From: Anthoceros angustus | Taxonomy: Eukaryota > Plantae > Anthocerotophyta | Assembly: GCA_010909165.1 (NCBI GenBank) | Contig: VJWM01000016.1 | Span: 496,001 to 560,000, forward strand | DNA length: 64,000 nucleotides | Direction: 5' to 3' | Shown here: positions 13,461 to 25,239 of the stretch, in pieces | Numbering within the stretch: the first letter of the stretch is position 1 | How the letters are laid out: the number at the start of each line of letters is the position of its first letter | Program-made: the position numbers and the translations under genes | The notes under the pieces: model-generated | The model's database searches: none | Seen by the model: only the letters and a program-made list of their open reading frames with translations | What the model was told of the DNA's origin: nothing

Positions 13461-13929
13461 ACGATCACTGGGTGTACCCTCATAAAGGCTTCGGCTACAC
13501 TATAACGATCTTGCCTAGTGCTCACTTGTGCATTTATGAGTACGTTGTTGTCTCTACTATAAAGCTAGTGATGCCTAGAATCTACTTGTCCTTGGCCCTT
13601 GAGTTACTCATTTTCTCGATAGGTTATATGGATGATCAATATATGTAACTTGTCCAAGATAAGGAAGATAAGTGTGAGATTGGTGTAACATGTACATTAT
13701 CGCGTACCTGACTCTTTGATTTGATAAGGAGTGATTGTGGTCTGGAGCGAATCAATTACTATTCATCCTTGTTATATATTCGAGAAAATTTAGAGGACGA
13801 TTCGACATGGGCTTTTTGTCTGCCATATGTCAATTCTTTGGCTATCACGCTAGTTGTACGGGTGACTTGCACTATCAAGATGGTGTCAAAAAAATTGCTA
13901 CTACTCTTTGTAGCAAGTCAAGATTGCAT

Positions 13930-14772
13930 GGGCAGGTTGCAAGAAAAGTAATGCACACCCCTTCTCATAATTTGGAACATGCTCCTAGGGTAAAACTTGA
14001 ATCTTATCTCTTCTTGCTTTGTATCTTCTTTCCTCGAATTCTCACTCATTATAAGTGTATTAATATATTTACTTTATTTTATATATTTGTTCATGAATGG
14101 TTCCTTATAGATCTCTTTGAAAAGAAAGCGTGATATTGGGGATTATGTCCCATCTCCGCAATCTCGCCCCATCAAACGGAGGCGGATAGAGTCAAATCAT
14201 GAGAAGAGTTTGGAACGGAATCGTCTGTTTTGGCTTCACCCCATATCTGTGCAACGTCTTGTAAAGCAGAGAAACATGAAGCACACCACCCTAACGACTG
14301 CACATGAACAATTTGTAGTACCTCCACAGTCAAAGGAATTTGCTCATAAAATACTTGCAACACTGGGCAGGTTGCAAGAAAGATAATGCACATGCCTTCT
14401 CACAATTTGGAAGATGCTCCAACGGGAAAAATTGAATCTTATCTTATTTTCTAAAATTCTCACTCAACATAAGTATATTAATCTATTTATTACTTTAAAT
14501 GCATGACATAATGATGTTATATTTGCTTATGTATGGTTCCTTACAAATCTCTTAGGAAAGAAAGCGTGTTATTTGGGATTACGTGATAGTCCTATCTCAG
14601 CGATCTTGCCCTATCAAACGGAGGCCGATGTAAGAGTCAAATCATGAGAAGAGTTTGGAACATAATGGCCTTTCTGGGCTTCACCCTATATGGTGCAACG
14701 TCTTGCAAAACAGAGAAAGATGAAGCACATCACCCGAACAGCTGCACATCAACAATTTGTAGTGCCTCGAGA
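13930..14772 (+). repeat. ~435-bp tandem duplication of an intron+exon-like unit
   Basis: gggcaggttgcaagaaa at ~13931 and ~14365. Each copy has an AT-rich intron-like part followed by a KRKR...SRPIKRRR exon-like part. Confidence 0.8.
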
Positions 14773-15160
14773 GTCATCATCATAGGCCGAGAAGCAGCCA
14801 TAACATAATATAAGTAGTTTGCACCCATGAAACCAGGATTTACCCATGGGTGATTTGTATTGTTAAAATTCTAATAAAGTTTTTTTACATATTTATATTT
14901 CTCCAAAGTAACTTTATTGGACGAACATTACATACTTCACAGGTGAAAACTTATCTCTTTACTTTTAGATCCGAGATCATCTACTAAATATCAGCCGATA
15001 TAGTTTAGCTTTCTAATGTAGTTTTCAATCTCATTTATATGCCGGCTGGTAATGCTTGTTGGTCGACTGTAGTTCGTAAATAAGTCTTATTCATCTATGA
15101 TGTTATGAAGACTATGTACTCATATAGCCCTAATATAGCTCTCCACTTCATTCATCGTGA

Positions 15161-15372
15161 CTTTATACTTTTCCTCCAAGTATTGTATTCTAGAGGATTC
15201 ATCAATCGAATAAATTATATCATGACTTTATCTTTATACTTTTCCTCCAAGTATTGTATTCTAGAGGATTCATCAATCGAATAAATTATATCATGACTTT
15301 ATCTTTATACTTTTCCTCCAAGTATTGTATTCTAGAGGATTCATCAATCGAATAAATTATATCATGACTTAT
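15161..15372. repeat. 3 x 71-bp perfect tandem repeat
   Basis: Unit ctttatacttttcctccaag...catgactttat starts at 15161, 15232 and 15303. Confidence 0.95.
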
Positions 15373-15768
15373 AAAGTCATACACATAATGTCGCAGTGCA
15401 CTTTGCTAGTATGGGGCTACTACAATGGTAAAAGTTGTAGAGGACTCGAGATCAAGCAGAGATGGAGTCTTTTTTGATGTATGGCTAGTATTACATTGTA
15501 AGTGAATTTAGTATGAAAGAAATAGTCTTTGATGTATGACTAGTAATAAACTATAAGTGAATTTAGTATCGAAAAAATTGTCTTTGAATACAAGTGTGCT
15601 GAGAAAACTTTATATTCATGCATTAAACAGGTAGGTTAACTAAGCTAGGGTTAATTAAATAACCCCAACAAATCTTTGGTCTAATTGTTTAGGGTTTGGG
15701 ATAACTTACTCACCGAAGTATTAGGGTTTGCAGTTTAGGGATTGCTTGCTGAACTAACTAGGCTTTAG

Positions 15769-15905
15769 GGTTTATGCACTTACTTGCTTGCAAGCAAGTA
15801 AGTGCTTTAAGGTTTATGCACTTACTTGCTTGCAAGCAAGTAAGTGCTTTAAGGTTTATGCACTTACTTGCTTGCAAGCAAGTAAGTAAGCAAGCTTACT
15901 TACTG
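15769..15905. repeat. 3 x 42-bp repeat carrying a 30-bp perfect palindrome, embedded among TTTAGGG motifs
   Basis: GCACTTACTTGCTTGCAAGCAAGTAAGTGC equals its own reverse complement, at 15776 and 15818, with a truncated copy at 15860. (T)TTAGGG motifs are scattered over 15688-15972. Confidence 0.92.
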
Positions 15906-16514
15906 TTTGGGATCACTTACTCATCTAATTAGGGTTTAGGGTTCAATGCTTATGGTAGAATGTTTAGGGTTTAGAAGCGCGCGCAAGTCTACCGTTGATT
16001 GATGGGATAATGTTCAAATTTTACAAGGACTGCATTACTGTGTGTGTAAGTTTTGTATTTCCATTGATGTCATGGTCACCAAAGATCCATGGACTAGTAC
16101 CGAAAGATTGCCAGTTCTAGATGCCAGGTCTTGTGTCTCACAATTGTTACAGCTCTGGGTTGGGGAGGTCCTATGTGCTTCTGCAGGTAGTGCAACAATT
16201 CGTGCGTGTGACATGCCTTATTATGGCAATATTGCAAAATTTTCAAATATACACAAGCAATTGAATCATACTAAAATATGTGCATGAATGTTTGATTTAT
16301 AATATGTTCACACATAACTACTTCATGCAGGCCTCACGGTCATAGAGTTTTTCTCAAATTGCATGTATACATAGAATTATCGCAGGGTGGCCTCAAATGA
16401 GGTCCAACCAATAGATTCCAACTCTTGACCTAGTTATTTTCAAAATTATCGGAGGGCGGCCTCAAATGAGGTCCAACCAATAGATTCCAACTCTAGACCT
16501 AGTTATTTTTTAAG

Positions 16515-16800
16515 TCATTTTTTGGAACGTTGTTCCACACCTTCGTCGTCTAATATGTGCCTTTCGTCTTCAATTTTCTTGGAATTACTCATTGCGCAGT
16601 GAACCTTGTCACTCTGTATGCCAGTCATTATGAGAACTGCGTGCTCTTGGATACCATAGTAACCAACTGTGGCTTGATCGTGTAATTCGTTGCCGTTGTA
16701 GAACATTTGCTTCATCCCAACTTTCCACACGGAAGACTTTGAAGAGTGCATGATGGTGATGGCGAGGATGTTGCAGAGCAACAAGCATGCAGATGATGAT
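16515..16800 (-). pseudogene. Ubiquitin-like domain remnant
   Basis: QMFYNGNELHDQATVGYYGIQEHAVLIM aligns with ubiquitin [35 protein letters not shown] in another frame resembles LEVESSD. Confidence 0.5.
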
Positions 16801-17000
16801 CCTCACAGGTGAGGCCCGATCAAGCGATGGAAAAATGCGATCGCCCGGAGCAAAGCGGCCCGAGACAGTGCAAGGATGCGTAGCGGATGAGATGCGAACC
16901 ACATGCGGTGGATTAACCCTAGCGGTCATGCGATGAGAATCCTCATGGTAGTGTCCGGGCGTCCACCTCAAAGGGTAGTTAATGGAAGGGATATGAAGAC

Positions 17001-19060
17001 ATGGAAGGCCAGCGAGGGAGTACCAACCTCAGTGGAAATGCAGGAACTGCGATTCCTCATGCTTTTAACTTTGTTGAGCAACTGAAGGTGAAAAAGCTCC
17101 AGGATTCTCTTCCAAAGCGGTACAACACCAACAAGGAGTGGAGCGTCATTGCAGAAGAAGAACCGGATGATCCAGGTCTGCCATGGATTCCACTACTGGC
17201 CTTATGGATTAACGGTTATAATGGTATTGAGGGGGATTCCCAGGCAAAGAGCTGGCTGGATTCTTTGTGCAACAGTTGACGGGATGGGCGAAGATATGCA
17301 CATATAGTTTCTGGTCACCAAGAAACCTCACTTGCACATAAATGATGACCTCAACACACATCTCCTACTGATAGTGGATGCTGCTAAGATTATGCCTCGG
17401 CGTTGTGAGCCGGCCAGGTTAAAATCTGCCTTGCGCGAGTACAAAAGTGTTCAAGACGTAAGTAAGTTGTGTTTCAGTTCTGTATCACTTCCCACATTCA
17501 GTTTGGGTTTTGCCTCATGCTGGTATACTAAACCTTTTTTGTATATATTGAATAGGGGGGAGAACAATTCTGCCGCATTCTACTCCACTACGCCAAAGGG
17601 TGTCAAGAATAGTGCGATTATTAGATGCGCCTGGAGATCGGTCGGAGAGGCGCATGTGCACCTTTGCTACATTGTCGGAGAACAAGTGGGCTGTGTTGAG
17701 ACTGAAACCATGCCTAGGACCATGCAACCGGAGATGGAGGAGGACGAGGTCCCAGCAGACAGCGTTTCGAGCTCTCAGGAAGGCGAGGAGAATTCTCATC
17801 ACGACTGAATCTTGAGGCGAGCCTCGGACGAGGCATCGGGGCTCGAAAACATGTTCAAATTCTATGCTCTTCGGATTCTGAGGAGTTTGAGGAAGATCTA
17901 GGTCACCCCTCCTCCTCTCAAGAGGACCCCGGTGCGTCGGGCAGCCGGTGCACAAGGGAAGAAGAAGAAGGGAAAGCACGGCCTTTCCAGATCTCCATTC
18001 AAGACGAGAAGGCGATTGGCTGGTAAGTTTCATGCTGAGAATCCATCTGCCCCTTAGCAAACTGAATGCATGGAAAAGTTGAAGCAACTTGTTATGGAAT
18101 ACCATGTAGAGTGCACACCAATCAAGTGCAAGAGGAAGGCTAGGTCTCAGGCCGATGATGGAGAAGAAGTAGTAGGAGGCCGGAAAAAATCAAGGAAAGG
18201 GAGGAAGCCTATGGTAGAAGAAGCTGTAGCTCGGACAACAACCACTGATGCCGAAAGACTCGAGCTCCTATCACAAGAAGATGACTATCTGGAGATGGTT
18301 CGCACTCGGGCTTATAAGAAGCGGGTTCAAACCACCACTTTTGACATTCACATTTCAGTTCTACGTCCTGCTTCTTTTCTAATGGCAGATGCTTAGATAA
18401 GGAAGGTGGATCAGGCGTGGATGAAGTGCCTAGTTAGGCAGATGCAAATATGTCCTATTAAGGAAGGAACGCTCCCGCTCTTGTGCATGATTGATCCAGC
18501 ACAATGCTTAAAGAAGGAAGATGCAGACCCGGAAGAGATAAGAGCCCAGCATTATACCCTAGGGGTCCTTGGAGGAAACCATTGCTATGCCGCAATGCAG
18601 ACCCTGTCCGAAATGTATCCGGTTGAGGATAAATCTCAATGGCTCGAGGGCCATGTCTATGCAGGCAGAAGAAATAAGGGTACTAGCAGTTGATCATAAT
18701 GTGTATGCAGACAAGAGGAAGAAGCTGGGTCTTATTGAACAAGTCCGCTACATCCATGATGAGCTAAAGATTTGGCACCGGACACACCCCATTGGAAGCC
18801 GCAAGCCACAAGACCCTATCGCTACAGACAGTCAGTCCGCACTTGATGTTCCCCCTCGTCCGGCTCCAATGCTCGGCAAGGCCTGGAGAGCATTCCAAGG
18901 AGTTCCAAAGGATGAGAAGGGTGAGGAGATGTTGATAGTAGTGACCCAAAAGGTCATCCAAGGGAAACTACAGCTGAAAGACATAGACACTGATGTTAGC
19001 AACAGGAAGAAGATTAACCTTATCGAGCATGCCTTTAGAAAGGCTATTCATAGCCTTTAG
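17001..19060 (+). pseudogene. Broken multi-part ORF with a ParB/sulfiredoxin-like motif region
   Basis: Consecutive + ORFs read FDIHISVL..IRKVDQAWMKCLVRQM..LPLLCMID..YTLGVLGGNHCYAAMQTL..VYAG..LAVDHN. The reading ends at a 22-bp duplication (~19031-19076). Confidence 0.45.
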
Positions 19061-19199
19061 AAAGGCTATTCATAGCTTATCAGCCTGTAGAGTTTCCCGG
19101 TTACGATGAACTTAATGTGTTGAGAGCGGAAGGAACGCTAATGGAACGCTGACTTTGAGCGCATTCATCTTTGTCTCGCCATTTCCTCTAGAAGAGTTG

Positions 19200-19790
19200 A
19201 TTGCTTGTCTATCATACCTCGGAAAGCTTACAACAAGACGGACAAGCCGGTGTGAAGCACGCTCGGTTTCAATGAAAGGTGACAGAGATATGAGCAAAGG
19301 AAGCCTTTGAAAGGCATGCCATCTATTTCTCTACCCGCTTTGTCCAGATGAGTCAAATGCTTTCTTATCATACTTCAATGAAAAGCTTACAACAAGACGG
19401 ACAAGCTGGTATGAAGCACGCTAGGTTCCGATGAAAGAAGACGGGGATATGAGCGAAAGACGCCTTTGAAAGGCATGTCATCTTTTTGTCTACCCGCTTT
19501 CTCCAGATGAGTCAAATGCTTTCTTATCTTGATGGAAAGCTTACAACATGACACACGTCGGTGTGCAGCACGCCTGGTTTCGATCAAAGATGAAGGAGAT
19601 ATGAACCGAAGAAGCTTTTGAAAGGCAGTTCACATTTTGTCTATCTCGGAAGAGTCAAATGCTCCCCTATCATACATCGATGAAAAGCTTACAACGAGAC
19701 GGACAAGCCGGTATGCAGGCTACTTGGCTTCGATCAAGGACAACAGAGCTACTACGGAAAGCGCCTTTGAAACAATGGTCACAGTTTCCA
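19200..19790. repeat. 4 x ~155-bp degenerate tandem repeat at the 3' end of the MULE gene
   Basis: aaagcttacaac..gac..ac occurs at ~19222, 19381, 19536 and 19683. Confidence 0.8.
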
Positions 19791-19799
19791 AGTCACTAC

Positions 19800-21644
19800 T
19801 TTTTCTTCTTCCTTGGCACTTCATCAAACCCTCTCAACCGTTGCAAACTGTTTGAACCTTCATTCGCAGCAGCTCTTGTAATGGCATTTGTGACCAAGGT
19901 CTCTCTCTATGAGCTGTAAGTATGAATTTGATGTAAGGTTTGTTCCATGATAGCGGCAATATCAAAACACAGATCCTTGTGATGGAAAGCAACCTCACAA
20001 ATCTCCCTACATCCTGCTTCAATTGTGTCCATCCTTGCTGCTGAGTTTGCTGGAAGCGTGAGGTCTTTGCACTTGTTGCCACCAAACCTGATGACAAGTT
20101 CGGGTTTTCCGTCACAGCCAATAGGACATTGCTAAAGTAGGCGTTGCTGCCCCATCGAGGCAATATGCAGCGAGAGTACACTCCACACACTCCTTCACAG
20201 TGCGTTCCATCTTTGGACAAGTAATTCTGAACCTTAATAATATGCTTGCATATGAACCCTTCAGCCCATAGGGCATGTGCACGTTGCCCATGGTGAATCA
20301 GATGATCTATAACATACCAAGTAGACTCAATGGAGGAAGACAAGCGTGAGCCGGCCCAAGCAATCCTCCTCTGTGGGGCATGGTAGAATTCACAGTTCGG
20401 TGGAATCTCCGAGCTTGTAGAACCGCATGCCCCATCGAAACTCTTGTTTCTTATTTGAACATAGCCTCCTTCTTTAGTGAAGTGCTGGTACCGATAATGT
20501 CGTGCTACCACAAAAACCATGGTATAGTAACCAATCCAATCTGCGCGAGTAGCTTTGGAAAAAGATACACGTTCTTTCAAGAAGCGGTGAAATGCTTCCG
20601 CTGAGTAGTATTCCGCGGCATGAGGGAATAGCCAGCATTACGGATCCACATTTGCAGCAACAATCATTCACTTGTCGGGGTTCACACGAAGGTATGAGCA
20701 AAAACATGAAGTGCGTGAAAATGAACTAACCCATTATGGAATCCCGAGCTTTGAAATACGAAGCGTAAGCGGGTTGTTTGACCTCCACTTGGCATAGAAT
20801 GCGATAGCATAGACCTTGCGATGCTCAAACAAATGGCTGTGGTTGCACCTTGGACATACATAATTCCACCTAGTTACGCCCAAATTGCTTTCCGGTCATC
20901 CATGTCACGTACCTTGCTTAGCGGTTAGCGTCGCCAAGCTTTACGAACATGCCACAAACACAATATGATCGGCATGTTATGTGACCAAAACTTGGATAGG
21001 CTGTTATCTCGACAGCAATCATCCACGATGAAGGAGCTCGAATCCATGCGGTCACGTTTGAATACTGCGAGGACAGAAAAGCCATGGAACCATCGAGGCA
21101 ATTGTTGCCTCCTTGGAAATCACCCAAGCAACGGTACTCCGTTAAAATGAGGGTCAAACACCATCACGGTGAACAAATTGTACTTGTACTTGTTCATGCC
21201 GAATGGCATCCATAGCTAAAACACTATTATTTCCATACTGTACCATAGCCTCCAACATGAATGGGGTAATTCCCAAGCGAATGGTTTGTCATCGTGCCAA
21301 GTAAAATACCAGCGCATTTTGCGCAAGCCACATGGAAACGGTGCAATCATCAACATGAAGCTTGTATTCACCTATATCCAAGCGAGTAGCAATGTTCAAA
21401 ACATCTTGCCGTAACATGTAGTCATCTCTAACGTGTTCGTATGGCTCTGCGAATTATTTACCTTCATGAACCACGGCATCCTTGTGTCGACTTTCATCAG
21501 CGGACACCTTGCGATTACAAGCGATGGCGGACCCTCCTTCTTCTCATGAAAGCGGTACTCGAACATCTCGGCGGGCACGTAAGCGGAACCATGACAAATA
21601 GCGACCCCAAATCGGTATGATTGTCTTCATACAAGCCAATCTCG
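19800..21644 (-). mobile_element. MULE/Mutator-type transposase with SWIM finger, 3' portion (frameshifted)
   Basis: MDA(T)FGMNKYKYNLFTVMVFDPHFNGVP (~21130-21213), IILCLWHVRKAW (~20935-20970), and SWIM CTCP..GFICKHIIKV (~20230-20280). Confidence 0.85.
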
Positions 21645-24600
21645 TGTGGAATGGTTTTGCATCCAAAGCGCAAATACATTTACCCTCTATGTCGTTATAG
21701 TCCTAGGATTCGATCCCAAGGGAATGGTGTTGTGTCAAGGTGTGCTAAATCTATGGATTCTAGACACCGTCGCTCACTCTCACTACCACCCACCACCAGT
21801 AGTAGACTCGGCCATGATGGCACGGTGGCGGGTCCCACCAGGCCGCCTTTGAGTCTATTCATCACCGGCTTCTCTAACACGGACCTAGGGGCTATGGGCA
21901 TCGGACACCTATATCGCCTCACCTTTACAGAATTTCTGATTCCACCACCGCTTCCACTCCTCTTACATTTCGATTTTCCCTCACACACTCACAATCCCTC
22001 CCGGTAGCACTCATCTACCCCTCGGAACCTTTCCCTTCCAATGAACTCTCCCTCGTCTCGGCCACACGGACCCCTCCCTCCTTGGGCCACACAGACCCCT
22101 CCTTGGGCCACACGGACCCTCTCTCATGGAATGAACACACAGTGTGGCGGTTGGAAAAGAGGATCGGGAAAAACCCGGTCGGTGCTTGGGCGATTCGCCT
22201 TCCCGGCGGTTCCGCCTCGGCCGGCAATTCCTACCTCTTTTCGGTGGCCGCTTCCGTTACCCAGGCGTGGAGCTTGGCCACTCCGCTCTCGACCATCCGA
22301 GATCTTCCGGCCTTCTTGTGACCGGAAGGCGGTCGCGAACCCGTTTGATCTTGACGACGTCTCCAATCAACCCCACTCGGCGGTTCGATACAGTTCACAC
22401 GAAATCGTAGAGACACCCAGGGTCTCTTATACATCTGGGTGGTCCAACACGACTCACTTCTCTTTAGTGTCTAAAATTGTAGCTCCTACCACGGCGCCTT
22501 ACCAATCTAAGCCGACTCTGGTGATGGAACTCCCTATCCCTCGCAAAAACCCGGTCCTAGGCTATCGCGACTCCCTAAAATCAGCTGCCGCCTCGCGGCT
22601 GCCTCGCCCCTCGGCCCATGGGGACCCTCTCGCTCTTGACCTTCGCGATTTTCCCCACAACCTCCACCTCACTCTCCTTTGCTGAATTTCCCTCGCGCCT
22701 TCCAGCGGACGTTGCCTTTGTGACCTCTATGTCCATTGTCCCGCTCCTCCTCATTTGGACAACCATCTGCTCCTCCCTCCATGCTCGCTGCGCCTCGCTC
22801 ATCTCTTCCGGCACCACTTGCGGAGGATAGGCGCCCGCTCCTACTCGAAGGAACCAGCAGTAGCTGTGGCGGTCAAGATGTCTGACCGGTGGTTTACGCC
22901 CCTCCTGTCCCAACAACCACATACACGTTTAGAGTGAGCACGCTCACATGCGGCGAGGACATGAGCATCCTCATCCGGACGCCCGTAACTGTCGCCCTTC
23001 GATCTGGTCCTTACCCTCTCCTCCGTGGACAATCCTGGGCGGGCTGGCGATTCTCCGGAGATCATCCCTCCATCTGCGACACTCCCAGCCGGTGACTTCC
23101 CCACCTCGGTTCCCGTTCCACGGCGGTGGCTGGTTTAGCCACCGTGGTGGTTACTTCCACGGTGGTTGTTTGGCTCTGCGGTGGGCTCCTTTCTTGGTTT
23201 GGCCACCTCTCTCTTGACTCGGCCTAGCTTCGTCTCTTTCCGCTTGTACCTCTCATGACTTCTTGAATTTCTCCAAGGCGCCATCGCTGCTCCTGGACTC
23301 GCGAGACCTCATCGAAGCTCTTCAATTGTAGCATCGCCCCGACTGATTTACTAAAGCTTCTGAGTGGACATGCCTTAAGCGCTCCTGTGCCTTGCATAAG
23401 GCGCGCACTCCGTCTGCGCTCCTCGGCCGCCTTGCTCTCGCCTTCAGGGCTTTCCAACTTCTCCTTGAGCAACTTCTCCTGGCCTTGCACACTCGGCCAG
23501 TGAGAGCCATGGTCGAGGAGATCCGCTGCGTCTGTGCCATGGCGAAGTCAAACCACTGCAAATCCCAAATTGGGCTGTCCCTTGCCCATCCGCCTCCACA
23601 ACAATTCTCGCGGCGGTGTCTCCTATCCCCACCTCGGCCAGGTTCGGTGAAATGTCGCCAAAAATGTCCGGAGCTCGTTGCGGTCTCGGTGAAGTTAACC
23701 CTCCTCTCCTAGGGGTTGGTCTTGCCTCTTCCCCCTTCATTCTCCCCTAGCGGCGGTCATCCCCCACGGGAGGGAGCAACTTGCCATTTCCCTTTATTTT
23801 CTCCTCCTTTACCGCGTTCTGCTGCCGTCTTGACTGGTGACCACAGGTGTGGCTGTGGGTTCCTCCTCTGCTGGTGCTCCCTTTTTCGCGATTTGCCGTG
23901 CCCTTCTTCTTACCCTTGGAAACTTCCCCACCCTCTTAGAACCTTCCGAGCGCACTCCCAACTGGAATCCTTGCGAATCCTCCTTCAATTCCTCCTCTTC
24001 TACCTTGAGTTCGGCCGGCTTCCAACCATGCGGGACGACTTCAACTCCGTTAAACACCGGAATGCAAATACATGAATCGGAAAAGGCGAAATCAAGGAGG
24101 AGGGAAGGAGTAAATTCGCCTTCTCCTCACGGCTCTTTGAAAATCATCCTCCCCAATCAATTTGTGTACCCTTGACCACCTCGTGAAGAAAAACCAAGAA
24201 GTGATCCGCCATATGATCCGACTTCGGTTCAGAGGAAACACAAAATCCATTTGGCCAATCCCACCATGCGAGACACGAGTTGGCGAGTCACCCACCATTG
24301 TTCACTCTCACTTCCCGAGGCTTCATGGCGCGGCCTGCGGCTTTCAAGGTCTTCTTTGGGGTCAATCACCAAGCTCCCATCCTTGATGCTTCGCCCATAC
24401 CTTTGCTCGAAGAGGCCAAATCCAGTTCTTTTTCCTCGCGTCACCCTCTTGCGACTTGGTCCCTTAATTGCGGGCACTCTTGCACCAATGTCGTAGCACC
24501 ATTTCTTCTCCATGAACTTGAGGCCCGGCTCACGGGCCGGCTCTCACTTTCCGATGGTCCATGTTGGGCCCTGCGTGAGTAGATTTCGGCGCGGCTGGCC

Positions 24601-25226
24601 ATCTCCTTCTCGTTGTTTCCCAAAACAAAACCTCGACTACCTGCAGTCAGTCGGGAAGAAAAATCGAGCCGCCCTGGCGCTCCTTCCACGCCTCCTCGCG
24701 AACTTGCGGCGCCGATTTCTCTCTCGCGCCGCTCTCGATCGTCGGCGCCTTCCTCTGCCGCAGGATTGCTTTGGCGTGGGTTGCGCGCCCCTCTTCTTCA
24801 CTCCGCTCCGCCCCTCACGGAAAGTCGCGACCTCATGATCTTGGGTGTGCCTTCTCCCGATTCGCTCCGGTAGTAGCTCCGCCACTAGGGTTGTAAATTC
24901 CCACAGTGCATGCGTCCGTTTCTCGGTGGTGGTGGAACTAGCCACCACCCACTTGACTACTCAAGCGTGGCATATTGTGAGCATCCCTAGCATATATAGA
25001 CACCTTTTATTCTAAAATTCCCAATACCCAAGGACTCTATTTCTACCCCACCCTCTGGGTCAAACCTAAGGTCGAAAAATTATTATTATCTCCAAGGGCC
25101 AAGGACCATTCCGTATAAAAGACGACTCGAGACGATTCTCAAAGCACTCTATTCTAACACATCAAAACAAAAAAATCGTTCATCGACACTTGAGAGGCGG
25201 GGTTAGTGCACATGTGGTCTTCCATA
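21645..25226 (-). repeat. 3' LTR (~3.58 kb)
   Basis: Direct repeat of 31019-34567. It ends TTCCATA on the plus strand (variant of TTCCACA). TATAAGAG at 22424-22431 (minus). Confidence 0.92.
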
Positions 25227-25236
25227 CTCCCTTCTC
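25227..25236 (-). promoter_or_regulatory. Polypurine tract
   Basis: GAGAAGGGAG immediately before the 3' LTR on the minus strand. Confidence 0.8.
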
Positions 25237-25239
25237 ATT

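Noticed and set aside
15688-15972. Telomere or healed chromosome end
   Set aside because: TTTAGGG units are dispersed, with at most two in tandem.
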